A DNA stretch of 24,000 nt from an uncultured Hyphobacterium sp. (GTDB taxonomy: Bacteria > Bacteroidota > Bacteroidia > Cytophagales > CCMP332), in assembly GCA_964351965.1 (NCBI GenBank), contig CAYGPM010000015.1:5306-29305 (forward strand), read 5' to 3'. Under the pieces are notes generated by a model. That model did no database searches, was not told the origin of the DNA, and was given only the letters and a program-made list of their open reading frames with translations. The position numbers and the translations under genes were made by a program. Within the stretch, counting starts at the first letter, position 1; each line of letters starts with the position of its first letter. This document shows positions 8,884-16,408 of this stretch, piece by piece.

Positions 8884-10982
8884 TTCGAAACTGAAATTTC
8901 AACTTTAGTCTGACCCAGTAATAATGATTTAAATACTTTTCTGATTTTGCTTCGCTTCCTTGGAATTTCGCCGATTAAAGATTCCATTTCATCCAGGTCC
9001 AATCCATTTAAAAAGAGTTGAAGTTTTTCTGAAATATGTTTTTGGACGAGCTCAAGAGCTTTTTCATCAGCTACGGTCCAGTTTCTTTTGGCATTGCTGA
9101 CGAGAATATTCGCATCCATTTGCTTCAACCATGACATTGGGAAATTGCCCTGAAGAATAGAGGGGAATTCATAAATTATTATTTCAGAATCACTTTGATA
9201 CTTTTCGAAAACAGAAGCTGTGTCAACTTTGTATCCGGCTTCGATGAAAGCGCTTTTTAATTTACCTATGACAAAAGATTTCCCTTCTGACTTATAATTG
9301 CTCAAAACAGCCATTCGGAATTGCCTTCCGGAAGTCCTTTCCCCCAAATTCAGGTTTTGAATGAAAAGGTTAAGAATTGAATTTTCTATACCAGGAAGAT
9401 CTATTTTATCGGAAAGGTCTTTCCTAATTAAAGGAAGGGCAGCCGCTACTTTCATAGAGGTAATTTCTTCGGCTTTAACCGGATTCTTAAGGGAATTATC
9501 AAGCAATTCAGAAGCTACCAACACGACAAGAGGTATGAATGCACCAAGAATCATCGATAATACTATCAGGAGAATTCGTTTTGATTTTTCAGGAATTTCC
9601 GGAAAAAAAGGAGGGTCGATCACCTTCAGATTACTCGACATGAGCATATTATACTTGTGCAATCTTGCCTGGTTGTAGCTATGCAGATTTTCAAGATATT
9701 CTCTTTCTGCGACGTCTATTTCTCTTTCAAGTCTTTTAAGAGTCGAACCCAGTGGTGCAAATTTTTTGTACAATTCCTTGTAATCATTCCTCATCTGCTT
9801 CATGGCTTCAAGCTTCGCTCCCGCCTCGGACTTCTGTATGTAATTGCTAAGCCATTGCTGAAGAATATCTCTGGATTGGATACCATCTTTGGTAGTTTTG
9901 ATAGAAATCAGACTTGACGCAGAGCTATTAATTTCTTCTTCAAGTTTAAACCTTCTCGCATTCAGGTTCATCAGACGAAGATTATCGGATTCGTTTTGCT
10001 TATTGTCGATCAGATTGAGAACGGCAAGCTCCGTATTTATCTCTGCGAGTTCATTGTTGTTGTGAAATAATTCTTCCTGAAGCAAGGTGATCAGACCCTG
10101 GTTTTCAAGTTTTTCTTCGAGTCTGTTGATGACCGAATCTGCCGCTGAGTAGATTTTTATCTCTTCATTGTATTTCTTGTCCAGCTCTTCTTTATTCCCG
10201 GCGATGAAACGCGTCTGCTCATAATAATTAATTATCTGATTGGACACGCTGAAGGTCAATAAAGAGTTCTCGGCATTATTCAGTTTTTCCTCAGAATTCC
10301 TAGCTGCTTTTTCAAAAAATTCAATCACCGATTCGGTTTGACCTTCCTTGATTTCCTTGTGTTTTCTAAGGAAAATTTCTGTCAATAGAACCAGCGTATT
10401 TTTACTGAAAAACGGATCAATACTTGTGTATTCCATTTTGATCATGTCGGAATTTCCTTCACGTTCCACCTTAATACCAGAAAGTGCCCTCAGACCAAAA
10501 AGTAAATGTTTGGAATAGAGCAATTCATAGACAAGGCTCTCTCTATCCTCTTCGAATGCCCTTCTTAAGAATTGGTAAATTTTTTCATCGGAACCTAAAA
10601 TTTCCTCCGGTACTTCAAGACGATTAAGCAGTTCAAGAATTTCTTCAAGGTTTTCGGGGAGCAACTCAAGTTTCTCATTTTTTGAATTGCGAATACATTG
10701 AGCCAGTAGTTTTAAGGATAATTCTTTGTGGGTTTCGGTTGTACTAGCCAGATTAATCAGGTTTTCAATCTCATTATTGGTGTAGGCATAATCCACGCGA
10801 CTTCCCTGCTGACTTTCGATATTATAGCCGGAGATCAATCCGGTATTCAACAAGGTATGAGACGTGTATTGTTTTTTTTGTCCGGATGTAAGCAAGATGC
10901 TTGATGCCGTCAATACCAATGAACCAATGAGGATCCATTTGAAATTTCTGAAAAGCAGTTTTATAAATTCCTTTGATGTCAT
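8880..10982 (-). CDS. Polysaccharide co-polymerase (Wzc/GumC-like chain-length determinant) with shortened, degenerate C-terminal P-loop domain
   Basis: TM1 (WILIGSLVLTASSILL), about 440 aa of Glu/Lys/Leu-rich coiled-coil periplasmic region, TM2 (ILLIVLSMILGAFIPLVVLVA), then 207 cytoplasmic residues with the Walker-A-like segment SNYKSEGKSF. Confidence 0.7.
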   Translation of the reverse strand: MTSKEFIKLLFRNFKWILIGSLVLTASSILLTSGQKKQYTSHTLLNTGLISGYNIESQQGSRVDYAYTNNEIENLINLASTTETHKELSLKLLAQCIRNSKNEKLELLPENLEEILELLNRLEVPEEILGSDEKIYQFLRRAFEEDRESLVYELLYSKHLLFGLRALSGIKVEREGNSDMIKMEYTSIDPFFSKNTLVLLTEIFLRKHKEIKEGQTESVIEFFEKAARNSEEKLNNAENSLLTFSVSNQIINYYEQTRFIAGNKEELDKKYNEEIKIYSAADSVINRLEEKLENQGLITLLQEELFHNNNELAEINTELAVLNLIDNKQNESDNLRLMNLNARRFKLEEEINSSASSLISIKTTKDGIQSRDILQQWLSNYIQKSEAGAKLEAMKQMRNDYKELYKKFAPLGSTLKRLEREIDVAEREYLENLHSYNQARLHKYNMLMSSNLKVIDPPFFPEIPEKSKRILLIVLSMILGAFIPLVVLVASELLDNSLKNPVKAEEITSMKVAAALPLIRKDLSDKIDLPGIENSILNLFIQNLNLGERTSGRQFRMAVLSNYKSEGKSFVIGKLKSAFIEAGYKVDTASVFEKYQSDSEIIIYEFPSILQGNFPMSWLKQMDANILVSNAKRNWTVADEKALELVQKHISEKLQLFLNGLDLDEMESLIGEIPRKRSKIRKVFKSLLLGQTKVEISVSK

Positions 10983-11695
10983 GATCTAAAAATTGATTGT
11001 CCAACAAGTGCACTTAAAAGCTCAATGCTTTCGAAAGCCTGACTTTTCGATTTTTCAAATTTCAATTTGCTGTTGTAAAAGGTGTCCACGCTCCCTTTGT
11101 ATTCTTCCATTGATACATTCCCGTTTCGAAATGATTTTTCCACCAGAATCATATTGGCCTGATAGGTATTCATGATTTTAGAGAGCAATTCCATTTCATC
11201 AAGGTGAAACAAAAGAGAACTGTACTGACGAATCACTTCCTTTTGCAGCAAAATGACATTATCAGATTTGAGATATTCGATCTCCTGTATTTGCATTTCT
11301 TTGGCTCTGACCTCATACTTCCGGTTCGCCACCTTGCTCATCGGCAGATATAGATTTACCCCAAGGTTGTAAAATGTATTTTTCCGGTTGGTATAATTCA
11401 AACCCTGGATACCACTAGTGTTGATCTCATCGAGAACATAACCCGTTCCGTAATTCATATTTCCACTTAGGAAAATATGATCCATCCAGTTTTTTTTCAG
11501 ACCCGAAATTTCATGATTGATTCTCATCTGCCGAGCCTCAAGAGAGTGCAGATTATTCGAATTCTCCTCTGCAATTGCGAGCAATTCATCCAAAGAGATT
11601 AAGCTTTCTTTTTTTGGAAGCTCGCTCTGTGCCGATGCAAAACTCATCGGGCATAACAATGCCGTTGTAAAAAGTAAAATCAATATCCTATTCAT
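10979..11695 (-). CDS. Secreted TolC/OEP-like outer-membrane protein, apparently a single repeat (half length)
   Basis: Signal peptide MNRILILLFTTALLCPMSFASAQ. SLDELLAIAEENSNNLHSLEARQ resembles the OEP-family N-terminus. Only 238 aa. ATGA-type overlap with the co-polymerase gene. Confidence 0.45.
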   Translation of the reverse strand: MNRILILLFTTALLCPMSFASAQSELPKKESLISLDELLAIAEENSNNLHSLEARQMRINHEISGLKKNWMDHIFLSGNMNYGTGYVLDEINTSGIQGLNYTNRKNTFYNLGVNLYLPMSKVANRKYEVRAKEMQIQEIEYLKSDNVILLQKEVIRQYSSLLFHLDEMELLSKIMNTYQANMILVEKSFRNGNVSMEEYKGSVDTFYNSKLKFEKSKSQAFESIELLSALVGQSIFRS

Positions 11696-11732
11696 AATTC
11701 AATCTCATTAGTTTTCTTTCACTTTGTTTTTT

Positions 11733-12854
11733 TCACCATTTGGACCTCATAAAAGGTTTCTCAAGGAAATAAAAGGCAGGCACACTCATTCCAAGTATAA
11801 TTGGTATGGCAAGCAGGGCCATCAAGATAAGGTTGCTGTAATAATTCCGGATTTCAACAAAATAATAGAATACGGTTGAAATGGCCTCCAGCAAAGGCAG
11901 GTGAATAAGGTAAATGGTATAGCACATACCTCCGATAGTAATAATCAACTTTTGGCTCAAAAGAATCGATATAAAGCGACCTTTGAACATGCTCAGAAAC
12001 AGCATCAACATGGATGTTTCCATTATTAAGCTGCTTGCTAATTCCTGCTTCCAGTTAAATTGTACTAAAAGAAGAGCTGGTATAAATACAATATCCCAGA
12101 ACACCGACTTATTCTTTATATAATCGCTATTGACATATAAATCTGCTAGCATAATTCCCAGAATAAAATGAGGTAACTGACCCAATATGCTTGCTCTGAA
12201 AGGTTCCTCAAACCAATTCAATTGAAACTGAATCAGAATAAAAATGAATATAAGGAAGGCCTGAGCAATCAGTCTTTTATGAAGGTCGGCGATTTGCAAT
12301 AGTGCCACAATAAGAAAGGGAGCAATAAGGTAAAATTGGATTTCAACTTCGAGTGACCAGGCAACCGGATTGATTGTTGAATATTCCGTATACATTATGT
12401 TATGAGAATAGAAAATGCTGGCGAAAAAATGTTTCAGATTTCCGATAGTCCATTCTTCTTTTAATGAGAGGATAAGAAAGAAAACCAGCATCCATAACAC
12501 ATAGGTAGGTTCGAGTCTGGTAATTCGACGCCATATATAGGATTTGTAATTTATTCCTTCAGAAACTTGATTTTTCAGAAAAGGTAAGGCTATAATAAAT
12601 CCGCTAAGACAAAAGAAAATAAATACTCCTACCGTTCCCCGACTGATTAAAAATGACAGTTTCTCCTCCATTCCCTCATTTATCAGCAATACCGAATTGT
12701 ATTTCACCATTCTTTCATTCAGATGCTGAAATAATACAAGGGCAATTGCAAGGAAGCGAATACCATCAACCAGGGGGATATAGTTACCCGAGGATGTTTC
12801 CCTTTTGAGCAAATTCAAAATAGATGATAGCTTTTTCATCTTAAACATTTTCAT
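11733..12854 (-). CDS. Acyltransferase family 3 (membrane O-acyl/acetyltransferase, OafA/WecH-like)
   Basis: IPLVDGIRFLAIALVLFQH opening motif and about 10 TM helices. Alternative ATG at 12839 would remove the 14-nt overlap with the upstream gene. Confidence 0.8.
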   Translation of the reverse strand: MKMFKMKKLSSILNLLKRETSSGNYIPLVDGIRFLAIALVLFQHLNERMVKYNSVLLINEGMEEKLSFLISRGTVGVFIFFCLSGFIIALPFLKNQVSEGINYKSYIWRRITRLEPTYVLWMLVFFLILSLKEEWTIGNLKHFFASIFYSHNIMYTEYSTINPVAWSLEVEIQFYLIAPFLIVALLQIADLHKRLIAQAFLIFIFILIQFQLNWFEEPFRASILGQLPHFILGIMLADLYVNSDYIKNKSVFWDIVFIPALLLVQFNWKQELASSLIMETSMLMLFLSMFKGRFISILLSQKLIITIGGMCYTIYLIHLPLLEAISTVFYYFVEIRNYYSNLILMALLAIPIILGMSVPAFYFLEKPFMRSKW

Positions 12855-13620
12855 GCTGAAACATGGCCGAAAAGGTTTTAAGCAGAATGCCGATATCGCC
12901 AGCCAAATTCATTTCTCTTGCATATTGAACATCGAGTTGAATTCTCCGACAAGCATCCAAATTATCCTTTCCTCTTTCTGTTACCTGCCATAAGCCGGTA
13001 ATTCCGGCAGGAGCAAGGAAGCGTGCGGTATAATCATTTTGCGTGAGTCTTTCGGCTTCATACAGCGGCAAAGGTCGGTTGCCAACTAATGACATGTCGC
13101 CTTTTAATACATTGATCAACTGAGGTAATTCATCCAGACTGGAGTTTCTTATGATCCTTCCAAAGCGCGTTATTCTTGGGTCATTTTTGATTTTGACAAA
13201 GGCATTGTTGTTTTCCTCAAGTTTGATTTTGTCATAAGAATCGATGTCAAGCATTCCCTCGTTTCCGATAAGTGAGTTGTCAATCTGGTAATTCGCAATT
13301 GCGCTTCTTGTCAATTTTTTTATGGGAGTGCTCGAAGAATTCTTCTCTTTGTACTGATTCAAATCTGAAATTTCAGCCAGTCGTTTATCCGCATCGCTAT
13401 ACATCGACCGGAATTTGTAAAACTTAAAAACCTCATAATTTTTACCGGCTCTGAGTGAGTAATAAAAAACCGGCCCCTTTGATTCCAGCTTGATAATCAA
13501 TGCTATTAATAAAAAGACAGGCGAAAGGATGAGCAGGAGCATAGATGCCGCTAGCAAATCGATTGCCCTTTTTAAATACAGTGAATAGATGTTGTTTTTC
13601 ATTGATTTATTTTTATTCAA
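12841..13620 (-). CDS. Initiating polyprenyl-phosphate sugar-phosphate transferase (bacterial sugar transferase, PglC/WbaP-C-terminal type)
   Basis: One N-terminal re-entrant/TM helix, YKFRSM, NDPRITRFGRIIRNSSLDELPQLINVLKGDMSLVGNRPLP, PAGITGLWQV. The track start at 13620 is a TTG; the first ATG is at 13602. Confidence 0.85.
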   Translation of the reverse strand: MNKNKSMKNNIYSLYLKRAIDLLAASMLLLILSPVFLLIALIIKLESKGPVFYYSLRAGKNYEVFKFYKFRSMYSDADKRLAEISDLNQYKEKNSSSTPIKKLTRSAIANYQIDNSLIGNEGMLDIDSYDKIKLEENNNAFVKIKNDPRITRFGRIIRNSSLDELPQLINVLKGDMSLVGNRPLPLYEAERLTQNDYTARFLAPAGITGLWQVTERGKDNLDACRRIQLDVQYAREMNLAGDIGILLKTFSAMFQHENV

Positions 13621-13653
13621 AGTACGTGTAGCGCAGGACGGGGATAAGAAAAT

Positions 13654-13685
13654 ATCGATGTCTGACCGGATTTCATCGATGAGTG
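13654..13685 (-). promoter_or_regulatory. Two related boxes CACTCATCGAT / CAGACATCGAT, 21-bp period, upstream of the first operon gene
   Basis: Plus strand has atcgatgtctg at 13654-13664 and atcgatgagtg at 13675-13685, between the terminator at 13706-13727 and the sugar-transferase start. The ATCGAT core is palindromic, so orientation is ambiguous. Confidence 0.4.
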
Positions 13686-13705
13686 AAAGGAATAAATAGT
13701 TAAAT

Positions 13706-13727
13706 AAAAAAAACCGGCAATGCCGGG
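13706..13727 (-). terminator. Rho-independent terminator after the LruC-lipoprotein gene
   Basis: Minus strand reads CCGGC-att-GCCGG followed by eight T, starting 7 nt after the stop at 13734. It separates the REC-LruC unit from the polysaccharide operon. Confidence 0.6.
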
Positions 13728-13733
13728 TTTCTG

Positions 13734-15749
13734 TCAGGGTTTCGTATAAATCTTATTTTGATTTCGATAAGCCGGCAAGTCCCGATACCAGTCGGTGTAA
13801 CCCGATCCAAAGCTGTATACCCAGTTTGAGAAATGCAGATGCGCAGATCTGATATCTTCCTTCTCTTTGGGATAGTCAAAACTCAAAGGGATATTTAATG
13901 CCCAGGGTAAGTCCGTTTTGGATTTATAATACTGGCCATTGCCAAGGTCATCGCTGGTGCCAAAATATGATGGATCAGCCAGGTCTGTAGGTAAATGCGA
14001 GGGCAAATGAACTTCCCTGCCCCGTTCTCCATCTACAATTAGAAAGGGATTGTTTGGAGGATAGCCAAGCTCAGCCTGTGACTTTGGATTCTCGAGAATA
14101 ACCGTCATCTTTTTTGATACATTATTTGCTGCCATCCCGGTTTCAGTGTTAATCATACCAAAGAGTCCAAATTCATCGTGAAGGTTATCCGATACAATCA
14201 ATACAGCTTTTGACTGCCCCGATTCTGTTCCGTTTCCTGAGAGCTGAATAATGTTTTGATTCAATGTATAGCCCCCAACCTGCTTTATATCTGAAGGATT
14301 CAAATCGAGCGAAAGACCGAATCCATTTCTATATCCTGCGCCTAATGCTTTGAGAACATATTCGATTTCAAAATCAACAATTTGATTTCTGGAATTCATA
14401 CGATAATGATATTGGTAATCTATAACCGCATCATTGAAATCATAGTCTCCGTAATTCGGCCAGTTATCCTCGAATGCCAGAGTAGCATAAGCGGTAGAAT
14501 TTGGGAAGTAACTATTATAGGCCAGCTCAGGATCATTCGGGAATTCGTCAAATACATTATTGACACCGTCGCCATCCGAATCGAGAGCATTTACATCATC
14601 TATTGGATTCACATTATTGGTTTCTATGGCTGTAATTGGGTTGCTTGTGAAGAATAGAATGGCGTCATTAAAATCCTGATCACAATTGAAAGGTATATTA
14701 TCTCTTCTTACATCTTCGAAACCGAGGATGAAAAGTTTGTTTACATCGTCGTATAACAAAACATTATGCTGTTTCAGCTGAGGATCGGTTTCAGGGTTTA
14801 ATTCCTTATTTGAGAAAACAAGATGTTTATAATTATTTGAATTATTACCATCCCAGCCATCCGCCAGAAGTGCCAATCCTATGCTTGTGCCCGGCTGAAA
14901 TACACCAAGGTGAATTTTGTTGCCGCTTTGAAGACCTCCTCCACTACCTTGAAATGACAGATTTGGAAATATTACGGTCAGAGTGTCAATTTCAGAAATA
15001 TTGAAAGGTGGGCTTCCGGTTGGATAGGTATAAAATGCAATTGCATTTCTCCAACCTGCTCCTTCATGTACAAAGGTGACCCAGACATCGGCCGAATCGA
15101 TTATTTCAATATTGCTCTGTTTACCATCTGCAAGATAAGTTGGATGGGCTCCTGGTACCGGTTGACTTTCCGGCAATGATGCGCTAATGGTATTTAACAA
15201 TTGGGCACTTATCAAATCATTCGTGCTCTCTAAATAATGTGGTACACCGTTAGAGCTATAACTGCCCTTGTATTTGATAACAGGTGCATTTGCATTTACA
15301 CTATTGATTTGTCTCCCATTACTTTTGGGTGCTATCTCATTTCTGATCGAGTGTTCTTCGGAAACAAATCCTTTATATATCAGCCGAAGTTCCGAATCTC
15401 TTTTTAACTCAAAGTATCTCGGGATGCTAATCATTCTCACTTCAATCAGAAGATCATCTATGGCCAATGGTATAAAAACCTTCGCATTTACTCTGCCTTG
15501 TGTGTCCGTTAGAAATTTGAATATCTCATCTCCTTCATTCGCATTATTTGCATCGTAAATATTAATGAGCATATGCCTAAATGGATCGCCATTTTTATCA
15601 GTGAATTCAAAATCCAATTCTTTCAATTCTGAGTTGTTAAACTCAAAACTGGAAATATCAATCTGCTCAATGGGCAGATCGAAATTTGGCTCCTGAATAC
15701 AGGAAATAGCAGCAAATGCTAAGGCTGTCAATAGGAAACGGAACTTCAT
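13734..15749 (-). CDS. LruC-domain (DUF4842) lipoprotein with central DUF4114-like domain and a thrombospondin-type-3-like Ca-binding motif
   Basis: Lipoprotein signal MKFRFLLTALAFAAISC. VWVTFVHEGAGWRNAIAFYTY...CDQDFNDAILFF (DUF4114-like). DSDGDGVNNVFDEFPNDPE (TSP3-like). TLAFEDNWPNYGDYDFNDAVIDYQY (start of LruC domain). Domain names are assigned from memory of the family motifs. Confidence 0.6.
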   Translation of the reverse strand: MKFRFLLTALAFAAISCIQEPNFDLPIEQIDISSFEFNNSELKELDFEFTDKNGDPFRHMLINIYDANNANEGDEIFKFLTDTQGRVNAKVFIPLAIDDLLIEVRMISIPRYFELKRDSELRLIYKGFVSEEHSIRNEIAPKSNGRQINSVNANAPVIKYKGSYSSNGVPHYLESTNDLISAQLLNTISASLPESQPVPGAHPTYLADGKQSNIEIIDSADVWVTFVHEGAGWRNAIAFYTYPTGSPPFNISEIDTLTVIFPNLSFQGSGGGLQSGNKIHLGVFQPGTSIGLALLADGWDGNNSNNYKHLVFSNKELNPETDPQLKQHNVLLYDDVNKLFILGFEDVRRDNIPFNCDQDFNDAILFFTSNPITAIETNNVNPIDDVNALDSDGDGVNNVFDEFPNDPELAYNSYFPNSTAYATLAFEDNWPNYGDYDFNDAVIDYQYHYRMNSRNQIVDFEIEYVLKALGAGYRNGFGLSLDLNPSDIKQVGGYTLNQNIIQLSGNGTESGQSKAVLIVSDNLHDEFGLFGMINTETGMAANNVSKKMTVILENPKSQAELGYPPNNPFLIVDGERGREVHLPSHLPTDLADPSYFGTSDDLGNGQYYKSKTDLPWALNIPLSFDYPKEKEDIRSAHLHFSNWVYSFGSGYTDWYRDLPAYRNQNKIYTKP

Positions 15750-15750
15750 A

Positions 15751-16158
15751 TTAGCTTACTTTTCTTTGATAATTACTTAACTCATTGATAGTTGATTTTG
15801 TGAGAAGCTCAATCCTCTCTGTCAACTCTAATGGATTGAAAGGCTTTGACAGACAATCCTGTGCTCCAAGTTTTAAAGCTTCTATCCTCTGTAAGCTATT
15901 ATCATTATCAGTTAGCATAAGAATAGGTCGGTTTCTGAGGAAAATGTTCAAATGAAGGTCTTTCAAATATTCGTAGTCATCACAATCCTCATTACAAAAA
16001 TGGCTTACAATCAAATCCGGATAATGAACCTTGTCCATATCTTCAAATACTGATTTAAAGCAGGGAAATGAACGCACATCATATTTTTTTCCGAGGAAAT
16101 TGTGTAAAAACAAGCGCATCATTTGATGTCTTTCGATGATTAAAACTTTCTTTTTCAT
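15751..16158 (-). CDS. Stand-alone receiver (REC) domain protein, atypical: canonical phospho-acceptor Asp and acidic pair absent
   Basis: CheY-like layout: KVLIIERHQ (beta1), PDLIVSHF (beta3), ILMLTDND (conserved Thr), LSKPF (conserved Lys). The stop is 1 nt from the LruC gene start. Confidence 0.75.
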   Translation of the reverse strand: MKKKVLIIERHQMMRLFLHNFLGKKYDVRSFPCFKSVFEDMDKVHYPDLIVSHFCNEDCDDYEYLKDLHLNIFLRNRPILMLTDNDNSLQRIEALKLGAQDCLSKPFNPLELTERIELLTKSTINELSNYQRKVS

Positions 16159-16280
16159 AACTTTTTTTTCACGAAAGTAGAGCGATCATCTCAGGCCAAA
16201 ATGATTTTTAGACCAAGTGATAAATTCTTTCGACAAGTATCAGATTTGTGTCGATTAATAAAATTTTTTGCTCCAAGCTA

Positions 16281-16296
16281 TTAATGCGAGCATTAA
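16281..16296. promoter_or_regulatory. 16-bp palindrome TTAATGC-ga-GCATTAA in the divergent promoter region
   Basis: Perfect 7-bp arms with a 2-bp centre, in the 250-283 nt gap between the REC gene (minus) and the kinase gene (plus). Confidence 0.3.
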
Positions 16297-16408
16297 GACA
16301 TGCTGAAATGCGTCTCGATTTGGGACAAAATTTCCCATATTAAGAACCATGGAATTTAATTTGCCTTCTAAATCTCTTTAAACAAAGAATTTTCAAAGGG
16401 ATCGAAAC

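Noticed and set aside
1-13620. Claiming that the locus lacks a Wza-type exporter and a tyrosine phosphatase
   Set aside because: The operon continues beyond the left edge of the window, so absence cannot be established from this sequence.
13612-13626. TACTTTG just upstream of, and overlapping, the TTG start as the -7 promoter box of the operon
   Set aside because: It is one base short of TAnnTTTG and its placement depends on which start codon is real. Not supportable without transcription start data.
16228-16256. TTTCGACA and TGTCGATT with TCGA cores 21 bp apart in the REC/kinase intergenic region, as a fifth LytTR box set
   Set aside because: Only the TCGA tetramer is shared. The CAyTCAT part of the box is missing, so the match is too weak to count.
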